The notes under the pieces are model-generated. The model made no database searches. It was not told the DNA's origin and saw only the letters and a program-made list of their open reading frames with translations. A DNA stretch of 64,000 nt from Acidimicrobiales bacterium (lineage in GTDB: Bacteria; Actinomycetota; Acidimicrobiia; Acidimicrobiales; RAAP-2): positions 12,565 to 76,564 of the forward strand of contig DATBOO010000204.1 of the NCBI GenBank assembly GCA_036553725.1, in the 5' to 3' direction. Made by a program: the position numbers and the translations under genes. Shown piece after piece: positions 34,313-44,400 of this stretch; within the stretch, counting starts at the first letter, position 1; each line of letters opens with the position of its first letter.

Positions 34313-36364
34313 TCAGGGGCCGGAGCCGGCCCCGGTCCGGGTGGCTCCGGCGTCGGCCAGCAGCCGGTCGTCGTCGGCCAGCAACTCCTTGGCCAGGTGG
34401 CGAACCATCTCGATCACCTCGGGGTGGTCGTCGGGGTCCCAGCCCTCCAACAGCTCGGTCATCGAGTCGCGCCGGGCCGCGGTCAGGCGTTCGATGGCCT
34501 CGTGCCCGGGGGATGTGAGCACCAGGGTGCAGCCGCCGGGCGGTCCGTCCCGCTCGAGCATCCCCGCCGACACCAGGGCGTCCGCTCCCCCCTCGAGGCG
34601 CTGCGGGTCGACGTTCAGGCGGGCGCCCACGTCCTCCAGGGTGCAGTCCGGCCGGTCGGCCAGCCGGTAGAGCATCCACACCGCCCGTGGCTCGAGCTCG
34701 ACACCGGCCCGGGTGGCCAGCGTCTCGTACAGCTCCCGCCGGTTTTCGCGGCTTGCCGCCCGTTCGAGGATGCGCTGGACCTCGCCGAGGGAGGACCGGG
34801 GCTCGGGCAGGCCGAGGCCCTCGGCCGGCTCGGTGGCCCGGATCGATTTGCGCAATTCGATCTCCGGAAGGGTCCAGCTCAACAGGAAGGCCACGAAGGC
34901 GATGGGCACCCCGATCAGGAACACGGTCTGCACGGTATGGGCGATGCCGTCGATCACCCCGGCCTGCACCGCGGCCGGCAGATGGCGGATGGCGGCGGGG
35001 TCGTCGGCGTTGACGCTGAACCCCGGCGGCACCCTGGCCAGGTGCAGGGAGTGGAGGATGTTGGGCAGGAGCTGGCTGGCGAAGATGGTGCCGAACACCG
35101 CTGTCCCGAATGAGCCCCCGATCATGCGGAAGAACGTCGAACCCGAGGTGGCGGTGCCCAGCTCCTCGTAGGGCACGGCGTTCTGGACGGCCACCAGCAG
35201 CACCGACATGACCATGCCGAGGCCCAGGCCGAAGATGGCCATGTAGGCCGCCATGGTCCAGGCACCGGTGCTCACCCCGATCAGCGACATCAGGTACAAC
35301 CCGAAGGTGGTGAGGGCTGTGCCCACCACCGGGAAGACCTTGTAGCGGCCCCACCGGCTGACCAGCACACCGGAGCCGACCGAGGCGATGAACAGGCCGC
35401 CCATCATGGGGAAGAGCCGCACCCCGGACTGGATGGCGCTCACCCCCTTCACCTCCTGGAGGAACAGCGGCAGGAAGGTGAGCGCCCCGAACATGGCGAA
35501 CCCGATGACGAACCCGATGGCCCCGGCGGCGTTGAACACGGCGTTGGAGAACAGGTGGAGCGGGATCACCGGCTCCACCGCCCTCCGCTCGGCGAACAGG
35601 AAGGCCACCGCAGACAGGACGCCGATGATCCCGAGGCCGATGATCACCGGCGACCCCCACCGGTAGGTGGGGCCGCCCAGGCTGGCCAGCAGCACCAGGG
35701 CGGTGGCCGACAGGGCCAGCAGGGCCGAGCCCAGGTAGTCGATCACCCGGTGGACCCGGCTCAACGCCCCGGGCAGGGCAAAGGCGGTGACGACCAGGGC
35801 GGCGGCCCCGAAGGGGATGTTGATGTAGAAGATCCATCGCCAGCCGATGGAGTCCACGAAGGCGCCCCCGATGAGGGGGCCGATGACCGTGGTGATGCCG
35901 AACATGCCCATGAAGATGCCGGAGTAGCGCCCCCGCTCACGGGGGGACACCACGTCGCCGATGATGGTCTGCGCCCCCACCATCAGACCGCCGCCGCCCA
36001 GACCCTGGACCGCCCGGAACAGGATCAGTTCGAGCATCGACTGGCTCAGACCGGACAGGACGGAGCCGACCAGGAAGATGACGATGGCGGCCTGGAAGAA
36101 GATCTTGCGCCCGAACTGGTCCCCGAGCTTGCCCCACAGCGGCGTGGAGACCGTGGAGGTCAAGAGGTAGGCGGTGACCACCCAGGTCAGGCGCGACGCG
36201 CCGTGCAGGTCCCCCACGATGGTGGGTAGGGCGGTCGAGACCACCGTCTGGTCCAAAGCGGCCAGGAACATGCCCAGCATCAGCGCACCGATGACCACGA
36301 GCACTCGGCGGTGGGAGAGCGACGTGGGCGGGCCGGCCTGTTCCGCTGCAACCGTTTCGCTCAT
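34313..36364 (-). CDS. DHA2 (EmrB/QacA-type, 14-TM) MFS efflux transporter with a C-terminal cytoplasmic MarR-like winged-helix extension
   Basis: [28 protein letters not shown] and [10 protein letters not shown] are DHA2 motifs. The last ~180 aa ([50 protein letters not shown]...[12 protein letters not shown]) read like a MarR wHTH. Confidence 0.85.
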   Translation of the reverse strand: MSETVAAEQAGPPTSLSHRRVLVVIGALMLGMFLAALDQTVVSTALPTIVGDLHGASRLTWVVTAYLLTSTVSTPLWGKLGDQFGRKIFFQAAIVIFLVGSVLSGLSQSMLELILFRAVQGLGGGGLMVGAQTIIGDVVSPRERGRYSGIFMGMFGITTVIGPLIGGAFVDSIGWRWIFYINIPFGAAALVVTAFALPGALSRVHRVIDYLGSALLALSATALVLLASLGGPTYRWGSPVIIGLGIIGVLSAVAFLFAERRAVEPVIPLHLFSNAVFNAAGAIGFVIGFAMFGALTFLPLFLQEVKGVSAIQSGVRLFPMMGGLFIASVGSGVLVSRWGRYKVFPVVGTALTTFGLYLMSLIGVSTGAWTMAAYMAIFGLGLGMVMSVLLVAVQNAVPYEELGTATSGSTFFRMIGGSFGTAVFGTIFASQLLPNILHSLHLARVPPGFSVNADDPAAIRHLPAAVQAGVIDGIAHTVQTVFLIGVPIAFVAFLLSWTLPEIELRKSIRATEPAEGLGLPEPRSSLGEVQRILERAASRENRRELYETLATRAGVELEPRAVWMLYRLADRPDCTLEDVGARLNVDPQRLEGGADALVSAGMLERDGPPGGCTLVLTSPGHEAIERLTAARRDSMTELLEGWDPDDHPEVIEMVRHLAKELLADDDRLLADAGATRTGAGSGP

Positions 36365-36575
36365 GGCCTCGCTCCCACTTGCTCGCTCCGGGCCCCGGCT
36401 GCGCGCTCCGTGCCGTCGTCATCGTAAGGCCGCCACCCCGATCGTGAGCCGGTGGCCGGGTGGAAGCCGGTGCCGACAACCCTAGGGTTCGGAGGTGGAG
36501 GCCCGGTCCAACAGGCGGCGGGCGTCCGGTGGGCGGTGTGGCAGGCTGGCCGACGGGAGTCGAAGAAAGGGAGCG

Positions 36576-37355
36576 ATGGAGTCCGAGCCGATGCCGGCGG
36601 CCTTTCTCGGGCACGGGGACCCGATGAACGCCCTGTCCGACAACCGCTTCACCCGGGCCTGGCGGGATCTCGGCTCCTCGGTGCCGACACCGAGAGCCGT
36701 CCTCGTGGTCTCGGCCCACTGGTACGTCGGCTCGACCCTGCTCACGGCCATGGCCGCCCCGCGCACCATCCACGACTTCTACGGGTTCCCCCGGGCCCTC
36801 TTCGAGGTGGAGTACCCCGCACCCGGGTCGCCCGAGGTGGCCGCCGAGATCGCCGAGCTGGCCAAGCCCCGCTGGGTGGGCCTGGACCCGGACGGATGGG
36901 GGCTCGACCACGGGACCTGGTCGGTGCTGGTCCACGCCTTTCCACAGGCCGACGTGCCGGTCATCCAGCTCTCGGTGAACGGGTTCGAGGGCTACGACGA
37001 GCACTTCGACCTCGGGGTGCGGCTGGCCCCCCTGCGCCATCGGGGGATCCTGGTCATCGGGAGCGGCAACGTGGTCCACAACCTCGGCCTCATCGACCCG
37101 GGGGCGGGCCAGACCGGCTTCGACTGGGCCGTCCGCTTCGACGAGGCCTGCACCGCCTCGATGGTCGAGGACCCGCAGCGGACCCGGGGCCTGGCCGACC
37201 ACCCCGACTACCGGCGGGCCGTCCCCACGCCCGACCATTTCCTGCCCTTGGCCCCGATCGCCGGCATCGCCGCCGCCTCAGGCGCCAAGGCCACCGTCCT
37301 GGTCGACGGCTACGTCGGCGGCTCACTGTCGATGACCGGGTTCCGGGTCGGCTGA
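36576..37355 (+). CDS. Class III extradiol dioxygenase (4,5-DOPA dioxygenase / YgiD-like)
   Basis: PAAFLGHGDPMNAL, VLVVSAHWY, YPAPGSPE, LDHGTWSVL and GSGNVVHNL. SD AAAGGGAG lies before ATG 36576. Confidence 0.85.
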   Translation: MESEPMPAAFLGHGDPMNALSDNRFTRAWRDLGSSVPTPRAVLVVSAHWYVGSTLLTAMAAPRTIHDFYGFPRALFEVEYPAPGSPEVAAEIAELAKPRWVGLDPDGWGLDHGTWSVLVHAFPQADVPVIQLSVNGFEGYDEHFDLGVRLAPLRHRGILVIGSGNVVHNLGLIDPGAGQTGFDWAVRFDEACTASMVEDPQRTRGLADHPDYRRAVPTPDHFLPLAPIAGIAAASGAKATVLVDGYVGGSLSMTGFRVG

Positions 37356-37447
37356 GGCACGGGCCCGGCCCAGCCCCGTTTCAACATGAACGTTGTGTGA
37401 CGTGGCACACTTGCCCCGTTCACAAGATCGACAGCGGAGGTGGGATC

Positions 37448-38398
37448 GTGGTCAACCCGAACCGGCGTTTCCGAGCGGGCACGATGGCTGTAGCCATCAG
37501 TGCGGTCGCCGTGCTGGCCGCGGCCTGCAGTAGCAATTCGAGCAGCTCGACCACCACCACGGTCGCGCCCAGCACCACTACGAGCTCGGTGGCCCTGCCG
37601 ACGGCCACCATCCCCACCCAGGCCACCGACGCCGCCATCGCCGCCACGGTGCCGGCGGCGGTCAAGTCCAAGGCCGTCCTGACCGTGGCCCTCGACGCCA
37701 CGTATGCCCCGGACGAGTTCATCGCCCCCAACGGCTCGTCGATCATCGGCATGGACGCCGACCTGGCCGCGGCCATCACCCAGGTCCTCGGCCTCCACGT
37801 GAAGCTGGTCAACGCCACCTTCGACACCATCATCCCGGGCATCCAGAGCGGGAAGTACGACATGGGCGCCTCCTCGTTCACCGACACCATCGCCCGCCAG
37901 AAGGTGGTCGACTTCGTCGACTACTTCACCGCCGGCGAGGGGTTCTACGTGAAGACGGGCAGCCCACTGGCCTTCAACGGGCTCACCTCACTGTGCGGAC
38001 ATTCGGTGGCCGTGGAGAGCGGCACCACCGAGCAGACCGACGCGGTGAGCCAGGCCAAGAAGTGCACCGGCGGCAGCAAGGTCACCGTGCTGGCCTTCGG
38101 CAACCAGAGCCAGGCCAACCTGGCCGTCTCGAGCGGCCGGGCCGACGTCGGCTTCGCCGACTCGCAGGTGGCCGGGTACATCGTTGCCACCTCCAACGGC
38201 GTCTTCCAGAACAGCGGGACGGCCTTCGAGGTCGCCCCCTACGGACTGGCCCTGCCCCGGGGGAACGGGATGGCCAAGCCGGTGCAGTCGGCTGTCAACT
38301 TCCTGATCGGCAACGGCGTGTACACCCAGATCCTGACCAAGTGGGGCGTGCAGTCCGGCGCGGTGACCACCTCGGTGATCAACGGCGCCACCAGCTGA
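37448..38398 (+). CDS. Polar amino-acid ABC transporter substrate-binding lipoprotein (family 3)
   Basis: Lipobox LAAAC plus a Ser/Thr linker. LTVALDATYAPDEF, GMDADLA and FDTIIPGIQSGKYDMGASSFT. SD GGAGG lies 7 nt upstream of GTG 37448. The long ORF prefix was discarded. Confidence 0.85.
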   Translation: MVNPNRRFRAGTMAVAISAVAVLAAACSSNSSSSTTTTVAPSTTTSSVALPTATIPTQATDAAIAATVPAAVKSKAVLTVALDATYAPDEFIAPNGSSIIGMDADLAAAITQVLGLHVKLVNATFDTIIPGIQSGKYDMGASSFTDTIARQKVVDFVDYFTAGEGFYVKTGSPLAFNGLTSLCGHSVAVESGTTEQTDAVSQAKKCTGGSKVTVLAFGNQSQANLAVSSGRADVGFADSQVAGYIVATSNGVFQNSGTAFEVAPYGLALPRGNGMAKPVQSAVNFLIGNGVYTQILTKWGVQSGAVTTSVINGATS

Positions 38399-38429
38399 CC
38401 GGGACGGTCGGTAGCGGCGGGATCCACCG

Positions 38430-39518
38430 ATGACGGGTCCCGAGCCTCCGGGCGCTGGCCCGCTCGGGGGCCCACCGGCAACACCGGCACCAGCAACACC
38501 GGAGCCACCGGACAGGCCGTCGGCACAAACGGGACGAACGGGACCGACGGACACCCCGCCGGCCCTGAAGACCGTCCCGGTGCGCCACCCGGGGAGGTGG
38601 GTCGCCAGCGGGGTGATCCTGGTGCTGGTGGCCATGCTGGTCAACACCCTGTTCTTCTCCCATGTGACCCGGGGCGGGGTGGTCGAGGGCCGCTTCCAGT
38701 GGCCGGTGGTCTGGAAGTACCTCTTCGTCGCCCCGGTCCTCCGGGGCATCGTCGTCACCCTCGAGCTCACGGCCATCGCCATGGTGGTGGGCATCACCCT
38801 CGGCGTGGTGCTGGCCGTGATGCGGCTGTCACCGAACCGACTGCTGTCGGGGTCGGCGTGGGTCTACATCTGGTTCTTCCGCGGCACCCCGGTGCTCGTG
38901 CAGCTCACTTTCTGGTACGTCGGGATCACCTACCTGTACCCGACGCTGACCCTGGGCATCCCGTTCGGGCCGGCCTTCTACACCGTCAACGCCAACACCC
39001 TGATCACCTCGTTCATCGCCGCCGCCCTCGGGCTCAGCCTCAACGAGGGCGCCTACATGGCCGAGATCGTGCGGGCCGGCATCATCTCGGTGAACGAGGG
39101 ACAGACCGAGGCGGCCCAGTCCCTCGGCATGACCAAGGCCCAGACCCTGCGGCGCATCGTGCTGCCCCAGGCCATGCGCATCATCATCCCGCCCACCGGC
39201 AACGAGACCATCTCCATGCTCAAGACCACCTCGCTGGTGATCGTCATCGCCGGGGCGGACCTGTTCACCGCCACCCAGAACATCTCCAACACCAACTACC
39301 AGATCGTGCCGCTCCTGCTGGTGGCCAGCATCTGGTACCTGTTCTTCACCTCGGTGCTCACCATCGGTCAGTACTACGTCGAGCGGTACTACGCCCGCGG
39401 GTCGACCCGCACCCTCCCACCGACCCCCTTCCAGCGGCTGCGACACGATCTCTTCCGCATCCGCACCGAGCCGGTGCCGGCCCTGGCCGAGGCCCCCTGG
39501 GTGGCGCCCCATGGTTGA
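38430..39518 (+). CDS. Amino-acid ABC transporter permease (His/Glu/Gln/Arg/opine family) with a Pro-rich N-terminal extension
   Basis: EAA loop [45 protein letters not shown]. Confidence 0.9.
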   Translation: MTGPEPPGAGPLGGPPATPAPATPEPPDRPSAQTGRTGPTDTPPALKTVPVRHPGRWVASGVILVLVAMLVNTLFFSHVTRGGVVEGRFQWPVVWKYLFVAPVLRGIVVTLELTAIAMVVGITLGVVLAVMRLSPNRLLSGSAWVYIWFFRGTPVLVQLTFWYVGITYLYPTLTLGIPFGPAFYTVNANTLITSFIAAALGLSLNEGAYMAEIVRAGIISVNEGQTEAAQSLGMTKAQTLRRIVLPQAMRIIIPPTGNETISMLKTTSLVIVIAGADLFTATQNISNTNYQIVPLLLVASIWYLFFTSVLTIGQYYVERYYARGSTRTLPPTPFQRLRHDLFRIRTEPVPALAEAPWVAPHG

Positions 39519-40275
39519 GCCGATGGTCCGGGCCAGCCAGGTCCGCAAGTGGTTCGGGCGGGTCGAGGTGCTGCAGGGCATCGACCTCTCGGTCGGCCGC
39601 GGCGAGGTCCTCTGCCTCATCGGCCCCTCCGGCTCGGGGAAGAGCACCTTCCTCCGCTGCATCAACCACCTGGAGAAGATCGACGGCGGTGAGCTGGCCG
39701 TGGACGGGGAGCTGGTCGGGTACCGCTCGAGCGGGAACAAGCTCTTCGAGCTGCGCGACCGCGAGGTGTGCCGCAAGCGGGCGGAGATCGGCATGGTCTT
39801 CCAGGGCTTCAACCTGTTCCCCCACCTGAGCGTCCTGGACAACGTGATCTCGGGCCCGGTGCGGGTGAAGAAGGTGCCGGCCGCGGTGGCCAGGGAACAG
39901 GCCCGGGGACTGCTCGACCGGGTGGGCCTGGCCGACAAGGTCGACAGTTACCCCAACCAGCTGTCGGGCGGCCAGCAGCAGCGGGCGGCCATCGCCCGGG
40001 CCCTGGCCATGGAGCCCAAGCTGATGCTGTTCGACGAGCCCACCTCGGCGCTCGATCCGGAGCTGGTCGGCGATGTCCTCGACGTCATGCGGGGGCTGGC
40101 CGACGACGGCATGACCATGATCGTGGTAACCCACGAGATGGGGTTCGCCCGGGAGGTCGGGGACACCGTGGTGTTCATGGACGGCGGCATCGTGGTCGAG
40201 TGCGGGCCCCCGGAGACGGTGCTGTCCGCCCCGCAGCACGAGCGGACCCGGGTCTTCCTGTCCAAGGTGCTCTGA
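39511..40275 (+). CDS. Amino-acid ABC transporter ATP-binding protein (GlnQ-like)
   Basis: [36 protein letters not shown] and VVTHEMGFA. The ATG overlaps the permease stop. Confidence 0.9.
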   Translation: MVEPMVRASQVRKWFGRVEVLQGIDLSVGRGEVLCLIGPSGSGKSTFLRCINHLEKIDGGELAVDGELVGYRSSGNKLFELRDREVCRKRAEIGMVFQGFNLFPHLSVLDNVISGPVRVKKVPAAVAREQARGLLDRVGLADKVDSYPNQLSGGQQQRAAIARALAMEPKLMLFDEPTSALDPELVGDVLDVMRGLADDGMTMIVVTHEMGFAREVGDTVVFMDGGIVVECGPPETVLSAPQHERTRVFLSKVL

Positions 40276-40318
40276 GCCGGTCTCCGTCCGGTTCGCACGG
40301 ACGTGAGATCGTGGACAC

Positions 40319-41080
40319 GTGACTGAGTTCAGGTCAGCCGAATCTCAATGGATCGAGCGGCTCGACAATCTTCGCAACGTGATTCGTCAAGAAGTCATTT
40401 CGCGCCAGCTCGCCACTTACGTCAGAGCCGGCATGAATGTTCTCGACGTGGGTTGCGGACAAGGCACCCAGGCCCTCCGCCTGGCTTCTGCGGGTTGCCA
40501 TGTCACTGGAGTTGACCCCTCCGAAGAGCTCCTGCAAATTTGTGCCGAGCAAGCATCCGCAAGCGATCTCACGGTTGAGCTCTTGCATGGTCACGTTGAG
40601 ACGCTCGACAGAGTCCTGGGCGATCGCCGATTCGATCTCGTGTGCTGTCATGGCGTGATGATGTACCTCGACAACCGAGTCCGTGCACTCACGAGCTTGG
40701 CGGATCGCCTCGCAAAGGGAAGTCACCTGTCAGTGACCTTCCGCAATGGGCATGCATTGGCAATGCGACCTGGCATCCGGCGCGATTGGTCAGCGGCTCT
40801 TTCGGCATTCGAGTCGAAGGAGTACGTGAACGAGTTGGGCCTGCCGGCGACAGCAGACCACATTGGGGATATCGACCTGGCTCTGGACGCCGCCGGGCTG
40901 CGGATGGTCACTTGGCGCGGCGTACGAGTGTTCAATGACGCCATCTCAGCCGATGCGCTTCCACCCGGTGTCGATGAACTCCAACTTCTGCTCGAGGCGG
41001 AAGAGAGGGCAGGGGCGATCGACCCCTACAGGTGGATGGCCTCGCAACTTCACGTAGTCGCCGAATTGGCTCCAACCTGA
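40319..41080 (+). CDS. Class I SAM-dependent methyltransferase
   Basis: Motif I VLDVGCGQGTQALRLA and post-I VTGVDPSEELL. GC visibly lower than in the flanking genes. Confidence 0.8.
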   Translation: MTEFRSAESQWIERLDNLRNVIRQEVISRQLATYVRAGMNVLDVGCGQGTQALRLASAGCHVTGVDPSEELLQICAEQASASDLTVELLHGHVETLDRVLGDRRFDLVCCHGVMMYLDNRVRALTSLADRLAKGSHLSVTFRNGHALAMRPGIRRDWSAALSAFESKEYVNELGLPATADHIGDIDLALDAAGLRMVTWRGVRVFNDAISADALPPGVDELQLLLEAEERAGAIDPYRWMASQLHVVAELAPT

Positions 41081-41151
41081 GAGTGCCCCAACGCCGGTCT
41101 GCATGTAACCCTCAACGGACCGGTTCCGGGGCACCGGGAGTTGCTCGTCCG

Positions 41152-41442
41152 TCAGTCCTCGTTGGTCAGGTGGTCCAGTTCCTCCAAAACCTCAACCGTT
41201 TCCATCATCGCCCATGGAAACTCTGATCCGCCGGGATCCTGCCAAAACCGCCTCAGATCCTCCAGCGACTTCCACCGGGCAACGGCCACGACCTCGTCGC
41301 CTGGCGGTGTCCAATTGCAGAGAGTACTTCCCATTGCTCCTGTGTAGTTGGAGAGGATCCGGAGTGTGCCTTCGTGCCACCACTTGACGAACTCCTCATG
41401 GTGATTGTCTTCTACACGCCACCTGTAGATCACTCGAATCAT
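41152..41442 (-). CDS. ABM-like (dimeric alpha/beta-barrel) small protein
   Basis: 96 aa. MIRVIYRWRV...FVKWWHEG...GAMGSTLC...VAVARWKSLEDLRRFW resembles the antibiotic-biosynthesis-monooxygenase fold pattern. ATG 41442 preferred over TTG 41448. Confidence 0.65.
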   Translation of the reverse strand: MIRVIYRWRVEDNHHEEFVKWWHEGTLRILSNYTGAMGSTLCNWTPPGDEVVAVARWKSLEDLRRFWQDPGGSEFPWAMMETVEVLEELDHLTNED

Positions 41443-41610
41443 GTCCAATCAGGCTAACCGGCGAAACGACGGCTTCACCAAGGTGATTGGACCCGAGCGG
41501 GCGCTGATGGGCGTTTCTGAGTGGACACCCGGCTATCCCATACATCGGGTCTGCGTCACTACTCGACGCGGCGCTTGATTCGTTCGCGCCTGGTTCGACC
41601 GGCGGCGGGT

Positions 41611-42441
41611 TCAATCGGCGCCGGTGCCGGTTCGGATCATCTGGACCAGTGCCCCGAGGTCGGAGGCCTCGATGCGCCCGGTGGCCCGCAACGACGCCCG
41701 ACCCAGGCTCGACCCGAAGGGCAGGGCGTCCACCAGCCCGCGGCCGACCCAGCTGCGGACCAGTCGTAGTTCGGTCGACCGGGCCAGCGACCGCGCCTCG
41801 ATCGTCTTTCCCTTGGACACGAGGGCGGCGTTGGTCAGCCGGCGCACCTCGGAGCGGTCGACGGCGATCCCCGAGGCGTTCAGCCGGCGCACCAGATACG
41901 AGCCGGTGTTGTACCAGTCACAGAAGCCGTGAACCACGGAGGCGACCTGCCCGACCGCCCCGTCGATGGCCAGAGCCAGCACCGGGCCGCCCTCGAGTGT
42001 CGATGCGGCGGCGGCGGCCACCAGCGCCACCTGCAACGCCCCGACCGCGGTGGAGATGGAGCGGCCCTGGCGGGCGGCCAGCAGCTCGACGCCCTCCCGG
42101 TCGTAGAGGACGGCCGGGTGGTCGAGCACCTGGCCCGACATCCAGTCGAGCAGCCGCGGCGGCGCCCCCCGGATCTGGGTGTGCACCCGGCGGAGATGAC
42201 CACGGCCACCCGAGACCAGCTCGCGTCCGAGGCCGACGAAAACGGCCTCGAGCTGTGCACCGGCCTCGGCCGGCAGGCCCTCGGGCCGGAGCAGCGACCG
42301 CAGGGCCTGCGCGAAGCTGGCCCGGGCCCGGGCCAGGCGTGATGCCCGCGCCGGCGGCCACGGTAGACCCGGCTCGTCCGGACCCGGTCCGGAGGGCGGC
42401 GGCTCCACGGGTCCCGTCTCCCAATTCGCTCCGGCAGCCAT
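41611..42441 (-). CDS. Hypothetical protein (276 aa), no family recognised
   Basis: Only the 3' 831 nt of the 1403-aa ORF do not overlap a convincing opposite-strand gene. Starts at ATG 42441 (MAAGANWETGP). Amino-acid composition is protein-like. Confidence 0.55.
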   Translation of the reverse strand: MAAGANWETGPVEPPPSGPGPDEPGLPWPPARASRLARARASFAQALRSLLRPEGLPAEAGAQLEAVFVGLGRELVSGGRGHLRRVHTQIRGAPPRLLDWMSGQVLDHPAVLYDREGVELLAARQGRSISTAVGALQVALVAAAAASTLEGGPVLALAIDGAVGQVASVVHGFCDWYNTGSYLVRRLNASGIAVDRSEVRRLTNAALVSKGKTIEARSLARSTELRLVRSWVGRGLVDALPFGSSLGRASLRATGRIEASDLGALVQMIRTGTGAD

Positions 42442-42606
42442 CTGTTGAGTCTGCCGACCGCCCGTACGGACGGCAAGGCGCCGGATCCACGCCCGTCGGT
42501 CGGCTGCCGGCCCCGACGGATCGGGCCTACCATCGGGTGGCCCGCCGCCAGCCGCCCGATCGCCGGACGCACTCGGTTCGGCGGGATGAGGAGCAGAGCA
42601 GCTCAC

Positions 42607-44274
42607 ATGGCACTGGACATCGGGCACCGGCGGTTGGAGCGGGAGGTCCGGGCCGCCCGGGTCGAGGGACGGGCCACACCCCGGGTGGTCATCGTCGGCG
42701 GTGGCCTCTCCGGCCTGGCCATGGGCATGCAGCTGGTCCGGTCGGGCATCGACGACTTCGTCATCCTCGAGCAGTCCGAGGGGGTCGGCGGAACCTGGCG
42801 GGACAACACCTACCCCGGCAGCGGGTGTGATGTCCCCTCCCACCTGTACTCCTTCTCCTTCTCGCCCAAATCGGACTGGACCCGCCGGTTCGCCGAGCAA
42901 CCGGAGATCCTCTCCTACGCCGAGGAGTGCGTGGAGCGTTTCGGGCTGGGGCCACATCTCCGCCTGGCCACCACAGTGACGAGCGCGTCGTTCGACGAGG
43001 GGTCCGGGCGGTGGCGGCTGGCTGTGAGCGGGGCGGGCAGTAGCGGTGGCGACGAGGTCATCGAGGCCGACACCGTGGTCTTCGCCTGCGGGCAGCTCAA
43101 CCGGCCCCGGGTCCCCGATCTCCCCGGCCTCGACTCGTTCGCCGGGCCCTCGTGGCACTCGGCCCGCTGGGACCACGGCTGCGACCTGGCCGGCCGGCAG
43201 GTCGGCGTGGTGGGGAGCGGGGCCAGCGCCATCCAGTTCGTCCCGCCGGTGTGCGAGCAGGCGGGCCGGGTCACCATCTACCAGCGCAGCCCCAACTATG
43301 TCGGCCCCAAGAAGGACCGGGCCTACTCCGGCCCGGAGCGGCTGGCGTTCACCAACCTGGCGCCCGTCGAGCGGCTCTACCGGTGGTGGATCTACCTGGC
43401 CCTCGAATTCCGGTGGCTGTTCTTCAAAAAGGACAGCTGGGCCGGGCGCAAACTCGCCGAGGCGTTCCGCTCCGGGATCCGCGACGACGTGGTCTCCGAA
43501 CGACTGCCCGAGGGTTCGGTGGTCCCCGACTATCCGATCGGGTGCAAGCGGATCCTCATCTCCAACGACTGGTATCCGGCGCTGATGAGACCCAACGTCT
43601 CGGTGGTCGACCAGCCGATCACCCGGGTCGAGGCGGACACCGTGATCACCGCTGACGGCGAGCGACACCCGACCGACATCCTCATCTTCGGCACCGGCTT
43701 CTCGACCACCGACTTCCTCTCGGACATCGACATCGCCGGCGAGGGCGGGAGGTCCCTGGCCGAGGAGTGGCGGGACGGATCCCGCGCCTACCTGGGGACG
43801 GCGGTGCCCGGCTTCCCCAACTGCTACCTCCTCTACGGCCCCAACACCAACCTCGGGCACAACTCGATCCTCTTCATGGTCGAGCGCCAGATGAACCTCA
43901 TCCTCCAGGCCATGGCCGTCCAGACCCGTGCGGGTGGCCACGGACCGGCCCCGCGGGTCGAGGTGGACGCCGACGCCTACCGGAGGGACGACCAGCGGAC
44001 CCAGCGCCTGATGGCCGGCACCGCCTGGGTGGCCAACTGCCGGAGCTGGTACAAGGCGGCCTCGGGCCGGGTGACCAACAACTGGCCCACCTGGACGGTC
44101 CGCTACTGGTACGACACGCTGCGCCTCCGGCCGTCGGACCTGGGACTGATCGACCTCGGTCGGACTGGCCCGACGCCTCCCGCGCCGGACTCCTCCATCC
44201 CTCACGGGCGGGAACAGCCGGCGTACCGGGACGCCGGCGACGACGGGCAGAACCTGTCTCCTGCCACCAGATGA
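42607..44274 (+). CDS. Class B flavin monooxygenase (Baeyer-Villiger type)
   Basis: VVIVGGGLSGLA, GGTWRDNTYPGSGCDVPSHLYSFSF, BVMO fingerprint FAGPSWHSARW and a second Rossmann VGVVGSGASAIQ. ATG 42586 is an alternative start. Confidence 0.85.
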   Translation: MALDIGHRRLEREVRAARVEGRATPRVVIVGGGLSGLAMGMQLVRSGIDDFVILEQSEGVGGTWRDNTYPGSGCDVPSHLYSFSFSPKSDWTRRFAEQPEILSYAEECVERFGLGPHLRLATTVTSASFDEGSGRWRLAVSGAGSSGGDEVIEADTVVFACGQLNRPRVPDLPGLDSFAGPSWHSARWDHGCDLAGRQVGVVGSGASAIQFVPPVCEQAGRVTIYQRSPNYVGPKKDRAYSGPERLAFTNLAPVERLYRWWIYLALEFRWLFFKKDSWAGRKLAEAFRSGIRDDVVSERLPEGSVVPDYPIGCKRILISNDWYPALMRPNVSVVDQPITRVEADTVITADGERHPTDILIFGTGFSTTDFLSDIDIAGEGGRSLAEEWRDGSRAYLGTAVPGFPNCYLLYGPNTNLGHNSILFMVERQMNLILQAMAVQTRAGGHGPAPRVEVDADAYRRDDQRTQRLMAGTAWVANCRSWYKAASGRVTNNWPTWTVRYWYDTLRLRPSDLGLIDLGRTGPTPPAPDSSIPHGREQPAYRDAGDDGQNLSPATR

Positions 44275-44400
44275 GCGACCGCGCTTGCTACCTTTTCTGG
44301 CCATGGCTCGCAGCGCCCGGACGGGCCTCCGCCCGGCCTCCATGCCTGTTCCCGCCATCCGGATCCCTCGGATGAAGCGGCCCGGCGGCCACCCGTCTCG

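Noticed and set aside
40285-40303. Hairpin CGTCCG-gttcgca-CGGACG after the ABC ATPase stop as an intrinsic terminator
   Set aside because: The stem is only 6 bp and no U-tract follows. Comparable weak hairpins are frequent in this GC-rich DNA, so it is not reported as a feature.
41540-41610. tRNA-like GGTTCGA motif (gcgcctggttcgaccggcggcg) in the intergenic region
   Set aside because: The flanking bases cannot form a 5-bp T-stem, and no acceptor or anticodon arms could be built by eye. Not a tRNA.
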